The notes below the pieces were generated by a model. That model saw nothing but the letters and a program-made list of their open reading frames with translations, did no database searches and was not told the DNA's origin. The translations under genes were made by a program, and so were the position numbers. A DNA stretch of 64,000 nt from Raillietiella orientalis (lineage: Eukaryota). Below, in pieces: positions 1 through 13,715 of this stretch. Each line of letters opens with the position of its first letter. Position 1 is the stretch's first letter. The stretch lies in assembly GCA_036172245.1 (NCBI GenBank), contig JAYWIR010000029.1:248001-312000 (forward strand), read 5' to 3'.

Positions 1-691
1 GGGAGAGAACTTAGAACACACGGTTCAGTGAGTCGTAAATGACCTCTCAGCTTCAGCGTGCAGTCTGCCTATCTCAACTTCACCTGCTTCTTCCTCTTTC
101 CTCCTTCCAGTGTCCTTCGCCTCTTCCTGTTTTTCACCAAAACTCGTCCGCACCCTTGAGAAGGTCGCTCGAGGTAGGAGAGAGAAGATTTCAAAGAGAC
201 GCATATCGGCCAAAGCATTCAAATGGAATGACCATCAGTTTCCTCGCGGGCTGCTGGTGGCTACTCCTGCCCCCAGCTACCTTTCCCCAGGGAGAGGGAG
301 AAAAATTAGGAAAGAAGAGCTGAAGTGTATTTCCTCCCTCCGTGAGAGAGAAAATTCAGGGAAAGAAGGGCACTTGGGGCCAGCAACCTTCTTTCCCTCT
401 CTCTCCGGCTACTCCTAGCAAATCCATCAGTGAGGCGGGGACGCCAGCTTCCAAGAGAACTCACTCGAGCTATGGGTCTACGGGCGCCAGTGCTTTCCCA
501 CCTCCACTCGCGTCCTCTTGAAAAATGTCCCAGAAAACCGCTCTTTCATCCTTCCCCACCCACGCTTTTTGCCCAGTTTCTCCACAAGGTGGAAGAGGTT
601 GCTCTTGTGGGCTGCGGTTTCCGGACGCGCGACTTTGAATTCTTACTCCCCTTCCGAAGAGGAAACAAAAAAAAGGAAGGGACTTTCTTAC

Positions 692-757
692 CTTGTTGGC
701 GCAGGTGAGGATGTGAATCCAGAGTTTTAATGCTCGCCAGGGGACTGTGAGCGTATC
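692..757 (-). CDS. Ets65A: Ets65A 66-nt internal exon, (G)YAHSPLASIKTLDSHPHLRQQ(D)
   Basis: Acceptor ccctttccttctacAG and donor AAG|GTAAGA, phase 1-1. HPHLRQQ+G| matches the H..LRQP-DPYQ junction that precedes the ETS domain in Ets65A/ERG. The DPYQ and ETS exons were not found and presumably lie before position 1. Confidence 0.88.
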
Positions 758-1174
758 CTGTAGAAGGAAAGGGGGATTACTGAAATGCAAGGAAGCCGCC
801 ACGCGTCCCACGAGCAATAAGCGCAATGCGCGCTCGCGCACCTTCGCGGGGAGCAGGCAAGACGTAGGCGCCATGGAGCACCCCAGCCTCCGATCGCCAT
901 AGAGAGAAAGTGGGGAGGCAAGAGGAGGGAGGAAGAGAAGCATCCAACCCATCTCGATGGATGTGGGAGGAGTAGAAGCCCCTCTAGAGGGTTCTCCTTC
1001 ATGTGGAGGTCGGGAGGCGAGGACTCTGCGATCGCCGCCTTGGCAGCAGGTCAGAAAGGAAAGTCGAAGGCGACACCCGCGGAAGAAGTCAAAAAATCTC
1101 TGACCCATCCTTTTTAGTGGGAATGTGTGCGTATATGCTTCAGTGAGCACGTAGGTCCCTTTCCCATGCCTTAC

Positions 1175-1228
1175 CTTGCAGCTGAGAGGCACCATTGTGG
1201 CCATTCCAGGACGACTTGTAGGTGGACT
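1175..1228 (-). CDS. Ets65A: Ets65A 54-nt internal exon, (E)STYKSSWNGHNGASQLQ(G)
   Basis: Strong acceptor ctctctttccAG and donor AAG|GTAAGG. Phase 1-1, in frame with the 31315 donor. Matches the YKSSW..H...SQ segment recalled upstream of the ETS domain in insect Ets65A. Confidence 0.88.
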
Positions 1229-4200
1229 CTGGAAAGAGAGCAAGTGTCAGTCTTGAGGAGGACGGGAGGAAGTCGACAGCGCTGGCACCACCGCGAACCC
1301 TTCCTTCCCAACCCATCGTTTTCTCCCCCCCCCCCCCTGCTCCTTCTGTTCCTTGTCTGACCATTTTTGGTCTCGAGAGACCACCCGGAGGGCAAGTCAG
1401 CTCTCACCACCCTCCCACTCCTTCCCCTTTCTCTCGCACTCATGCTAGGAACTCGAGGACGATCGCGGTCAGAGGAAGAGGTGGAAAAGTGGGATGCCTC
1501 GAGCTCGAAATCCGAACGTCGGAGGCTGAAATCGACCCTAGCTTGCGTTCCCAGGTCGATTCCCGAACAAACATGAGGGAGGAAGTAGGGGTGAAGGGCG
1601 AGAGCGGAGGTTGCGCTTTCGCGAGGGAAGGGTAATCTCCTGAAAGGAAGGTAGGAAGAGCGGTCTTCGGTTGGATGGTCGGAATGATGATATTCCAGGC
1701 ACCTCAGGGGACACGGAAGATCCCTGCTTGGACGGAATCTCCATCTCTGCAGCAACGGCATAGGGATGGTCCCGGACCGTCGCAGCGATGCGGTCCTGGG
1801 TTCCGGAAAGAGACTGCGGGAGAGAAGGTTCCTATCCGCATCCGTTCTGAGCTCTCTCCCTGTTCCTGTCCGTGCCCACAGATTCCCAGAACTCTATTTA
1901 TGCGGCCGCTGCAGACGTCCCCGAAGAAGTCAGAGATGCATCTCTCCTTCCTGCTCCCTCTCTTATCTCTCCCCTCACTCCGAGATCATGCAAGAAAAGG
2001 GGATAGAAAACCTTTGCGACAGCAAGAGGCGCCTGCCGGCTCCCAATAATGTGGAATTGCCGATCTACTATGCCTACGGGATGCCCGTAATCACGAGCGT
2101 CCGTATCACGCATATGATCTCTTCCTTCAATTGTCTCCCCGACCACCTGACTCTCGCCTTTCCTCTCCAGGCTCACGACACCCAGAATCCATCTGGGTGT
2201 CGTGAGCCTCTCCCGCTCATCCAAAGTCTCCTAAGCTCTCTCAGTGGCCCTGGGGACAACTTCACCGTACCTCAGAGGAAGAGCTAAAGGACGAATCACT
2301 GCCTCGGAGACTCACCGTCTGGTGACCAAGTGGACACTTTTCCCTCCCGATGGAATGAAGCCAGTCCAGGGCTCGCCTCACGCAAGTTCAGGTCCGGCGG
2401 CACTCTCAGACAACCGAGCCTCGGGGACCTTCCGAAATCGACGGGTGTGCCCCGAGAAGTTGGGTGGTTTCACTCGAGTTCCCTCCCAGTTCGACCCCTT
2501 TCGCCGGCAGACGGGAAGACGAGGAGGTAGGGAAATTAACCCTAACCACCCGTCTCCATCTCCATCCTTTTGCTGGGTCAGCGGAGGCACTGCTGCTATG
2601 GCTGACGCGTGTGATGGGCGGTGGCGTGCGCATCGACAGAGCTCGATACCCGCAGGGAACCCCGTCGAAAGGAAGGGCTCGTTTCGAGGGCCCGCGTGCC
2701 GGGGAGGTGCGCGCTTGCCTGCCCGGCGCTCCTCCTGGACACCAACGCGTCGGGAGCCCTCGGGCGGACACCATGAACCATCTCTCCTGCTTCTCCACCT
2801 TGCTGCAGCCCCCGAGCGGGGAGCGGCAAAAAAAGCGGGAAGAAACGGAAAGAGCACAAAGCGGGGACGGAGCAAAAAAAAAAGGAAGAAGACAAAGGTT
2901 TTTTGCTTTACCAGTGAGGAACATGGACAGGCTGGCGAGTGGCATCCCTGTCGGCAGGTAGTCCGTTCCCGAGGATTTCACTTCCAGCATGGTCTGAGCG
3001 CAAGCGAGAGGCGATCTTCAGAGACCTGTCCATCCGGCGGGCATCTCTCTGTGCACGAGCTCTCGAGGGACTCCGGAGGGAGGGGGGAGGGGAGGAGGGG
3101 AGGGGAGGTCTGCAGTCGAAGGGCGAGCGTGGAGCGATCGGGCCTCAGGGAGGGGATGCAGGGAATGCACGTGCTGCGATTGTGCTGACGGCTGCCGCCC
3201 TCGTGTTCCACGTCGCTATGGGCAACGCGATCGGCGGCAGAGAAGGCAACTACGTCCCTTCCTCTCTTTTTCCCTTTCCTCCCCCGTTCTCCGCAGTCGT
3301 CGCCGTCTCCGCCGCCCGTCCTCGTTCGTTCTCCACCACGCGCGCGTTCACCGCACGTCGCGACGGCGCAGAGTGGCGAGCGCGCGGAGCCGCCTCGCCT
3401 TGGATCCCCTCCCACACGGACTAAGAGGATGTCCAAGGACGCTCGCGGAGCGGGCACTCCCGAAACCAATCCGTGCGCTCCGACGGTCCGCTCTCCTTCG
3501 CGGGGTACACTGATCTGCGGAGGAGGCGGGGCGTCGCAGAGTCCTCTTCCCGGAGCCGGCGGCAGCGAAGCGAAGGGAGCGGGAACTCCAGCCCTCCCTC
3601 TGGGGGTCCCCCGGTCGCAATGGCTGCCGCCCGTAGACGCCGGCTGCTGCGACGGCAGCAGCCGTGAATCTGGCGCTTACGAGACTCCGGGGGTTCGCCT
3701 CTGAGAAAGCTGCTAAGCGACTAGGAGGACTGCCGCTTGGCGTGTGCTGTCATGGTTCCACCTCCCTCCGCCTCCACCCATCCACCCCTCTTTACTCTTC
3801 CTTCCCAAATTCCGCTTTTCGGGGGAACCACAATTTCACAAAGGCCCCAGCGACCAATGGTCACACGAGTCAATCCAGAGCTCGTGCCTTGTGCGTGCGC
3901 GTGCTCCCCCCTTTCGTTTCACGCGCGTCTCACGAAACACCAGGCGTTCGCTTCCTGTCATTGTTCCCGAACGAAGGGAGAGACCGCCAATTGTGCTTGC
4001 CTTCCTCGTCCCCCGGGCACTTCTTATCCAGTCCTGAATCTCTCCCAGCTCCTGCTGCCAACACAGGTAGCAAAGAAAGGGGAGAAAGTATGGGAACTAG
4101 GGAGCTCTTCTCTCCAAGTTCGCCTCAGGGTGTTGAAGGGGGAGGAATCCTCTTCGGTCTGCCGTGAGCAATCCTGGAGTACTGGTCTGAGCACTCTCTC

Positions 4201-6879
4201 CCTCTACCCTCGATTTTCTTTCCCTGGATTCAGCTAATCTTCCTCCTGGAGCCTCCTCTCTGCGGACATCGACTACCCTCGCAAGTGATGTCTGTCCCTC
4301 TTCCTTCTCCTTTAGCCCCAAGATAGACCAGAACAGTCCTCCCCTCCATCGTGGTCACCATCTCGTTTCCTCTTGGAAGTGGACGAGGGGAGAGCACACT
4401 TGCTCCCTCTTTGTCGTTCTTGGGGCCGGCGATTTCCTCCCCAGCGCTCGGGCACCACCCTCGAAAAGTAGCGGATAAAATCCTCAGGAGGCGGAGGAAC
4501 ACGCGCAGGAAGGCGGTCAGGAGACTGGGATCCATCTCGCCCCTGAGTGGGCAACATCCCAGCCCGTACTAGCTGGACGCAGGGCTCCGTAGACTTTCCG
4601 GTAGGGAAGTTTGGGGCCTGCCAGCGATGACGTCGCTCACATTGTGCAGAGCAAATGGGGCAGATCCGCCCTTTGGCAACGGAAGATGAACTTTCAATTA
4701 ACGAAGTTACAGTGGAAATGGCGGATGCTTTCCTTGGATGGGGGAGAGCGCTGGGCGGGAAGGAGAGGGAAGGAGAAGGGACCCCTTTTTCCCCCGAGAA
4801 GGAGGAAGGGGTTTCCCCCTTGATTCCCGCAACCGAGCGGTCCTGCCCGAGCTCCCGGGATGCTGTCATTCGTGACGGACGTCTCCCTGTCTGCCGGGAG
4901 CTTGCAGAGGGAGTAAAATTCCCCTCCTTCGAAATCAGAAAACCTTCGGTGGTCTTTGGAGGAAGGGAAGATCCCTACAAATAGTCGCTTGCGACTTTTC
5001 CTCTTTCTTTCCTCATCCTTCTCTTCATCCTCATCCTCTCTCCCTCCCACTTCTTTCCTCTTCCTGAGGGTGGCTCAAGCGAGGACTCCCACGTCCGTCA
5101 TCTTTGGGCAGTTCGAGAGGGTGGCAAAGACGAGGATGGAGCAGCTGACTTCCCACTCTCGACAGTGCCCTATCCTGCTACCCCGTGATGGCTTGCTCAC
5201 TCGCCCCCAGAGGAGATCGCGCGAAGATCTTTCACGTAGAGGAGACCCATAGGCTCCTCTTTTCCCTTCTCTGTTCTCGTCTCCGTCCTCCCCGCGAAAG
5301 GCAAGCAAGCACGAGGGCTGGGAATGTGCGCCGGTGAACTCCTCCAGGCAGCTGCTGCCTCTCAGACCACGGGCGAAAGCTTCCCACCCCCTCTGCCGCC
5401 CTCGCAATCCCTGGCAGCAGAACTGGCTAGAAAGTCCTTCGCCCTGCAGCGGCAGCCAGCGAGTCAGATGTGGAGGCGGATCCTACCGAAGGCGCAGACG
5501 CGCTCGGAAGGGAGAAGGAACGGGGAGGAAGAGGAGGGAATCTTCTGCGGTTGCCCAGCAACGGTTTCCTCGCGGAGGATGCAAGGATGCAACTTGGCGG
5601 CGATCCCCGAACACTCCTCTCTGTCCGCCACTTCCCGCACCCCTCTGGTAGGTTTCCAGATCGAGGAAGAGGGGCTGGAGTCTCAGTACTGAGGAGGGAT
5701 ACAGGCAGAGGAGGAGGAGGGGAAGCGGGCACAGAAGCGGGGAATGCTCGGAAAAAACGAGCGAAACCTGGAGCCAGTGGTGAGGCAAGGAGGAAGTCAG
5801 GAGGAGGAGTCGGCCCCAACGTGTGATCCATCAGGATATGGAAGGTGAGAAGGTTGGGATGAGGCAGTGATTCGTTGCCCCTCCCGCAGACCATGAGACG
5901 CGGTTATCGGATGCCCCCCTCCTGAGTCGGCAACACGTCTCGCTGATGACGGCAGAGATTAGGGAATTTCCGATTCTTCAGAATCTCGCCAGAGGAAGAG
6001 GAGAAGCAGGAGAAGAGGGGGGGGGGGGGAGGGACAAGGAAAGAAAGAGAAAGAAAAAAAAAACTCACGCACGCACGCACGCACGCTCGATCACGCAACA
6101 ATCCTCGAGGCAGCTACAGGAGCAGATTCGATTTCGCGGAGGGAGCGCTTTCCGTCCTCCCTTTTCCGAAGTGATGCAGCATCCACATCCTTGAGAGCGC
6201 TCCGAACCCGTCAAACATCAAGCGAGCGGAAGCGCCTGATTCCGGCCGGAATCTCTGTTTGCAGAGGAGTCGAAAATCAAATCTGTCACCATGGTGCCCA
6301 GCTCGTTCGCGCCATTGGCATTCAGCTCCTGTGAGGTGCGAGTTCCGATGTTTGTTTTCCTCCATCCTGAGCCTGCATCTCGTTCTGGCGCATCCCGAGG
6401 TCTCTTGATTAGCTCACGCCCGCGCAGCCGGAACGCGACTTCTATCCCGTCGAGACTGATGAGATTAAGAGAGGAGAGTCTGCTCGCGGAGATGCGAGGG
6501 GGAAAAGGAGGAAGTAGAATCGGAAAAGAGCTTTGCCGCTGGAACCTTGAAGGGCGCGATCCCCCCGGAGGAAAGAAAGGAACTCTCCTGAAGGGAATGA
6601 ACGGTCCCGACGAGAGAAGTCCCGAGACCTGGGAGCAATCCCCCAATGTCATCCGAGCTCTCTCTGCGAGCAGCCTTGAATGCTCCTGGAGGAGGGAAAG
6701 ATGAGAACGCCAGTTTATCCAGCCTCTATCTGCAGAACGCTAATCCCCTGTCCATCAAAACCTCTCTGCCTTCTATGTGTTCACATTCCTCTATCTGCTT
6801 CACAGTCCATCCTCCATTCTCGTGAAATTCCATCGTCTGTTTGCTTCATTTTCCAGCTTATTCCCCCCTTATTCCCAAC

Positions 6880-7140
6880 TTCCAGCCTCAACGCGTGCCA
6901 ACTTACAGTCCTGATGCGTGCCAGTTTTCATCCTCTTCCCGTTCCAGCTTTCGTCCTCTTCCCGTGTCAACTTCCAGCCTCTTCCTGTGCCAACTTCCAG
7001 CCTTTTCTTGTGCCAGCTTATAGCCTCTTCCCGTGTCGATTTCCAACCTCTTCCCGTACCAGCTTTCATCCTCTTCCCGTGTCAACTTCCAGCTTCGATG
7101 AGTGCCAACTTCCAGCCTCTTTCCGTGACACTTTCAGCCT
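6880..7140 (+). repeat. 23-bp minisatellite, ~11 diverged copies (consensus ~TTCCAGCCTCTTCCCGTGCCAAC)
   Basis: Successive 23-nt units can be read in register from 6880 to ~7140. Confidence 0.9.
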
Positions 7141-9279
7141 AGCCGCATATCAAATCCTACCACCTATCCGTGCCATTCTTCGTCCCCTCTCCGCGCAAAC
7201 CCCGTTTATAACTTCACATTAGAACGGAAACGTCTTCAGAAGGGGAGATGCGCGCCCGGCCGGAAGCGGCACTTTCAGATCAAGCGAGCTCGGCGTGTTG
7301 GCGGCTCGCTGAGTTCAGTCTTGCCCGGCGGGTGATATGTCGTATGCGTTTCGCCCGAGGAGGTGGAAGGCAACCAGAATCGCGTGGGTCTCATACTGGT
7401 CCGCCTGCCGAGGCTTCTCCTCCCTCCTCTCTCGCTCTCTTAACGGGAGCAGGAGCATCCCTCCGACTGCAACCGAAGCTAAACGTCCCCGAAACAAAGC
7501 GACCTCCTCTCGGGAGGGCATCGAGGAAGGGGAGTTCGAAAGCGTGCCCAGGGCAACTTGGCGCGCTCCGCGAAGTCACGCACGTGCTGGTCGCGCGCCC
7601 ACTCGGGTCGGCGGCACTCGAGGAATGAGCGAAAAAAGGGGAGAAAAAATGAAAATCGGTGGCAAGAGAGGGAGAAGGGAATTCTCGCGATCCACCCGTG
7701 ATGAGAACTGGAAGCTGCATTCATCACAATTAAACTTCATTCATGGCGTCCCGACGTCGGGAAATGGATTAGCCACGAAAGGAGGGGTGTTGGCGCGTCA
7801 TTATCGAGTGATATCGGGGAGCGCAGTTAATGAGTTCTCCTGGCGGTCGCTGGGTGCCGTGTCCCTTCCCTGGAGGCGAGGTGAAGTTTCCGAAGGGAAT
7901 CGCGGAGAGGAAATAGCCACAGGAAAGATTTTTTTGCTGTCGTTGTTTCCTCTTCCCAATAGACGCGAGAGAGGATGTTGGCTCTCCCCGCTGCTCCCCT
8001 ACCCCCTCCCTCGATTCTTCCAGTCTCCCTCCCCTTTGAAACATTCCAAATATTTTCTGCGAACCAGCCCTGAGACGTGGATCCGTGAGGATGGATACGT
8101 GACCCGAATGCCGGAGGAGTCCGGCTGAGCTGGCTAACGGAAGTAAACGGACTTCCCTCAGGACATTTCTTTCGCCGAGATTACTCAGCTGGACTCGATT
8201 TGCCGGAACAGTGCCGGCTGCTTGGAAGTCCACGGAGGGCGAAGTCCTCCCTTTCTATCCCCTCTTTCTTCCCCCCCCCCTTCTCTCTCTCTCTCTCTCT
8301 CTCTGCAGGGACTGGTGTCCTTGCGAATGTGATGAGCATGAGTCGGATGCGGGGGATGCTGGGAACTATGACACGAAACGACGGGGACATCATCGCTAGG
8401 AAAGGGGATAGCTGGCCGGCAAGTGGTGAGAGCAGTGAAAGAAGGGGATGTTCGCGGGAGTATTGGCCGGCCCGAAACATGAAGCTCAAGAAGTTAGGAG
8501 GGGGAGAAGGAAAGGAAGCGTACCCTTTCAGGCTGCTCTCTAGGGGTTTTGAGCATTGGAGGGTGCAGGGATGAGCCGATACTCTCGGTGGTATTGATTG
8601 CGTCTTCACCGTAAACCCGCAAGGTGCACACCTGACGTCATGAACTTTCCCCGCAAAAACAGCGGGAGGTAGAGGGAAGCCTCCGGAAGGCACTGGCAAT
8701 AGGAGTCTCTGGGAATGCCCTCAGACTGGAACGTGATCTCTGGATGAAGTACCGGGTAAAGCCGTGGACCCGAGCAGCGACGCGGCGTCCTCGCGCACAC
8801 GCGAGCTGCAAGAAACGGAGTCTTGAATAGCACTCCCGGAAGAGACTGACCGCACGGAGCCATGGATCGAGAGCGAACTACTTCCTCTTCGCATTCCCGC
8901 GCGCGGCGCCGGGTTGCCCTGGTCCATGACCTTTCAAGACCGAGAACGCGAGCCTTTCCCCACGGCGCGTTTGGCGAGTTCGCCCTAGGGTCAGGTCCCT
9001 TTCCGGGAGTTTTTGCCTTCCGTCGAACTCCAGGATCTGTTTGCCACCCCCTTGACCCTTCTCTCAGCGAATGCAGGCAGCTCCCCGCGCAGAGAGACTC
9101 GTCGTGTGGAGAGTGTGCGTTCTTAGCGTGCTTCTTCATTAAAAGAACCTCCTAGCCTGCGTCTCGATCTGGACCTTTCCGGGAAGGTTTAATCGGATCT
9201 TGAGAAAATGAAACTGGGGCAGATCTTGGGAGTCCTCCAGTCCACCCACGCAGTGCGTGTGCGTTCTGTCAGAAGCACC

Positions 9280-9298
9280 CGCGCGCGCGCGCGCGCGC
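9280..9298. repeat. (CG)9 dinucleotide tract
   Basis: cgcgcgcgcgcgcgcgcgc read directly. Confidence 0.9.
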
Positions 9299-12200
9299 TT
9301 GAGTTTGGACGGCAGCGCTCGTCCCCAGGCTCGTGCGACGCCATCATCAGACACTTCAATGATCAAAGCGGGGGAGTATCTATCCCTAAGAAGGGCGGTA
9401 GCGTCCGGTGGCCTCCTCTTCAAGGTCATCTCCAAAGCCAAGAGGAATCCAATGGTTGAAACCGTTGAATTCTCCTTGCCTCTCGAATCTCTGACTGCGT
9501 TCTCCTTCATCGAAGAAGGGAACGATTGCGGAAACGACCGCACTCACGGAAGGAATCGGCACTGGATGCGGCGTTGCTTCCGGTGGACTACCCCAGATAG
9601 CGCTGTCAGCGACCTCTGGAAGAGCTTTGCCACCAGCGAGAGCGGGGAAGAAGGAGCGTGGCAAGAAAGAGAAACCGGGCGATGTCGAGCTGGCTGTTAG
9701 GAGTGGAGAAAGGACAGAAATTTCCAGAACATCCTGCCTCCTGCCGGCACACGAACAGGTCGTTCCCAGCAGGGGTGGATGGTAGGGGTAGCAGGTGCAA
9801 CGGCTCCGATTCGCCGCCGGTGATTGGAGGTTGGGGAAACACACACACACACACACACGAAGCTCTCCGGAGTATCGCAGGACGTCAAGCAGTTTCCCGA
9901 TTGGGAATTCCTAAGCGGAGAAATGGTATCAATGCGGTCCATTATACAGCGACGGCAGATCAGGAAATGGAATAGGAAGACCGTCAAGAGATCCGACCGC
10001 AGATAAGTGTATCCCGAATTCGGCAGCGGCGAGCAGGAAGCTTTTGTTGCCGCGTCTCGAGCGCGTGAATGCTGTAATCAGGAACGGCGCTTTTCTGAAG
10101 ATCCTGCCGTGCGCCCGACTATTGAGAACGTGATTCGGGATAATGGAAGCCTGGTAGGCAAGAGTGGAACGGTGGCACCAGGAGACGATGAAGGAGCAGA
10201 TTGAAAGATCATTAATGGAGATCGAACATTACGAAACGTGTCGAAACGGGTACGGGGAAGGCGGAGGGCGGCGCAGAGCCGCTTTCCGGAAGCCAGAAAG
10301 GAAGGCAAAACTTCGGGATTAAAAACGATGCAGTTGCGACCCGGAAAGACGACTGGTCACCCGTTCTGGTTGCAAGACGTGGAAGAACGTGGAAATCTAT
10401 AGCCGCGGTTTCCAGGATATGCACGGTCAACCCTCCCGTTCCCCCCCCCCCCTTCAGACACATGTACCATTAGGAGTAATGCCGAATGCAGGCCGGCGTA
10501 AGAGAAGATTCTCGAACCATTGTTTCTCCTCCGTTCAATCTCTTGCCTGCTTTCCTGTCAGTGGAAAAGCAAAACCAGGAAGACGGGAACTACTCGGAAA
10601 CCTATGAGGCAAACTGGAATCGTCCACTTCTGGAAGACAAGAACGAGGACAGGAAGCAGCCGTCGTAACTGCGTTGCTCTCTCTTCATCCGTTAACCTAT
10701 GGAGCATCAGAGCAAAAACGAACCGCGATTCGTCAACCTTAATGGGAATGAGGAAGGAACGCAAGAGTGGGAACAGATTGCTTCTTCGGGATCCGTTTGC
10801 TCTGGGGATGAACCTTTAATCGTAGCAGTGGTTTCCATGTTTGTTTTCTGATCCGCTTCCACATCTTGGGTTCTTGAAGCCTCTTCGGTTCTCAGCAAGG
10901 AGCGAAGGTCTGAAAGCTGCACTCTCCTTGTTCAGATGTTCTCAGGGAACAGTCTGCTCATGAACGACCGATATCTTTCTCTTAAGAAGATCCGTGCCCC
11001 AGACGGTAGCAGTCAGGATGCTATCTCCAGAGAGGCAGATCTGAGATCCATCAAATGATCCTTTTGCTCCTGGATTCTCAGTGGCGGGGACGAGCGCCTC
11101 GAGGATTACCCACAACAAGAGAAGTCTTTCCTCGGAGTCTGAATGTCTCCTGAGAAGGTGCAAGGCTACTCCTCTCCTAAACGTGAAATCGGTGCTCAAA
11201 GTTCCTCAAGTTCGACAGTAAAAGAAACAAACTTGAACATACTGAAGGATGATCCATGCATCTTTCTTCCTCTCTGTGGTTTTTCCTCCTAGATGACTGA
11301 TAGGTGATGGAAAGAGAGGAAACAGACCTTCCAGATGCTGTTGCCGATGGCGGAGATGCAAAACACAAGCTGTTCCACTACCTCCTCATGCTTGGGACAG
11401 ATATCAGCCGACCTTGTTCAGAAAGTCAATCATGCAGAGATGGTTTGCATAGGGACCAATGCAGGCATCCAAAATGACAAAACGGCACAAGTGTTGTGGG
11501 ACCGCTGCCAGTTTCTAAGCCAAGAACTCAGAGACCTTTGGATCCACCTAGGAAATGCCGAAGGAACACGCTTCAGCTGCAGAAGTACTATAGTTTTTAT
11601 ACCAGGGGGGAGCAAAAGTTCTAAGAACAGCCGGAGAAGAACATCAACGTCGAGCGAACTCGAGGATCGTTGTCCAGGTCTTTTCGTCACAGACGGCTTT
11701 CGTTCTCAACTTTGATCACTTCATGTCCCTTCTTACCATCAGATCCCAAATTACTTTGAGGTAGCAAGCGAAAACTAGCAAGAAACAAGGACGCATAGCA
11801 ATCTCTTATTCTCTCCTCAATCGAAAAAAAAAAAAATGCGGCCTAATAACCAAGCTCGCTGGCGAAATCTGCCTCAGATGACCATCAACTAGGTACTAGA
11901 GAACAGATCTGGTAGGGCTGCACAATTGCAAGCGCCCTTCCTATAAACAAACTAGGAAGTATCTATAGCATCCAGCTAAGTTTAGAGACGCCACCCTTCT
12001 ACAGCAGCTCAGATCCATCAGCTATTTACATGAAGGCATAAGAAATGCTAGAGTGCAATTTTTACAGATGAAAGGCATTTCATTGCATGGTTCCTTCTAC
12101 GTTCAGTGTCCTTATGTAATCGAGTGGAGGGAAAGCGGCCATGGCAGCACACTTCGGCCTACCTAAAAGAGCATTTCCATTGCACGAAAGGGAAGAAAGA

Positions 12201-13715
12201 AATCTAAGTTCTTTAAAAATCTCTCTCTTTTCCCGTTCCGTGCAACCAGCCATTTTCGCTCTGGTGACTTGTTTCTCATGGAAAACGCTTTTAGCAATGA
12301 CGGTGAGCTTTGTCCTAACGAAGATCAACCAGTGCTGCAAAGTCGGAAGACGCGGCTATAGAAGTCAGGGAGGGATCCATTTCAGGTTGTTAATGAGAGC
12401 AGACGAATGCGAGCTGTCCGGATTTCACCGCGAACTTCCGAACGGGATTTCCAGGCATCCACTCCTGAAGAACGGTTCTGCCGAGGAATGGTAACTCCTA
12501 GAAGCATGGGGGCACCTCAATCGGATGCAAAGCCGCCCATGAACATTCCCGTTCCGCCTGCTGCAGCAGACAGGGACGAGATCAAAGACGGAATTTCGGA
12601 AGGAAACCTGACGTCATGGCCGCTGGTGCGGGAGTAACCGAATCGAAGCGCAAGAAAGAGTAACAGCAGCTCAGCCTCCTCGCTGCTCCGCTAGAGATAA
12701 ACGAAGCTCTTTGTTTTATGCCCTCCGCTGCTCTTCGGATGCCTGGGAATCACGCCCGACGCAGCCTTCATGCTCGTGCGGAGATGGCACAATCAAAACT
12801 ATCGCCGCGGAACACCCGCTGAGCCGGTTCCATAAGTTATCCCGAATGCAGAATCCCGTGAGAAAGCGAGAGCTCAATGCTCACCGACGAAAGACAGTAG
12901 GAGCGGCACTTTTCCCTACTCCGCATCAGAAATAGGTTTCGGTAGGGAGGTCTCGCCATGCTGATGCAGCATCAATGTATCTACGAATGTAAATACTGTA
13001 AGGACGCCGTCCAAAGGGTTGGAGCGCTCTAATAAGTCCCGAAGACATGTTTATTTGCAGGAGCACGTGGCGATAGGATGTATGAGCACTCATATCGACT
13101 AAACACTGAAAGGAGTCCCATCCGCCTAATGCACATTGATTTTACGGTTGTGTGTCACCGACTCGAAGATGGGATGCTCGAATTGGAGAGGGCGAGCAGG
13201 GCTGGCCCTTTCAAAGCGTGCGTTTTTCATCGCGGTTCATGGGAAAATCCCGAGAATATTGCCGCTCGGAGTGCCTTCGAGGAAGATCGTGGGATGAATG
13301 CCGGCATTGCTCTCCTACTGGCCGCGTCACAAGGGCGTGCTCACATCAAAGAGCGACTGAGTGAGAGGCGTCGGAGAACTTTCTGGAAGGCTCGAAAAGG
13401 CGGTGGAGTTCTTTGAAGAAGGCAGAGTTCTCCCTGTCGGGAAGAGCGTCCTGGTAGGAAGGAACTCGCTCGAGGCGGCGGCGCACCCGGCGTGCAGAGG
13501 AGGAGCCTATCGCCTTCCGCGGAGCAAGCGCGATCGGACGAGATGTTCGAAACCTTGGACCATTCCTTTCCGGGATTCAAAACTCAAAGGGTGGAAAACT
13601 CAAGCTTAGGGAAAAAGAGATTACAAACTCAGGACTTTCCGTTGTGGTTGCTGGGGGGTCCCGTTTGTCGAACGGTAGCCTTGAACAATGCGAAGAAAAA
13701 ATGGGGTTTGGGCTC

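Noticed and set aside
6880..7140. CRISPR-like array
   Set aside because: The units are contiguous with no unique spacers, there are no cas genes, and the context is eukaryotic.
7530..7625. PEWARDQHVRDF as a PNT-domain exon of the Ets gene
   Set aside because: Superficial similarity only; it lacks the W.W and LC motifs and convincing splice sites.
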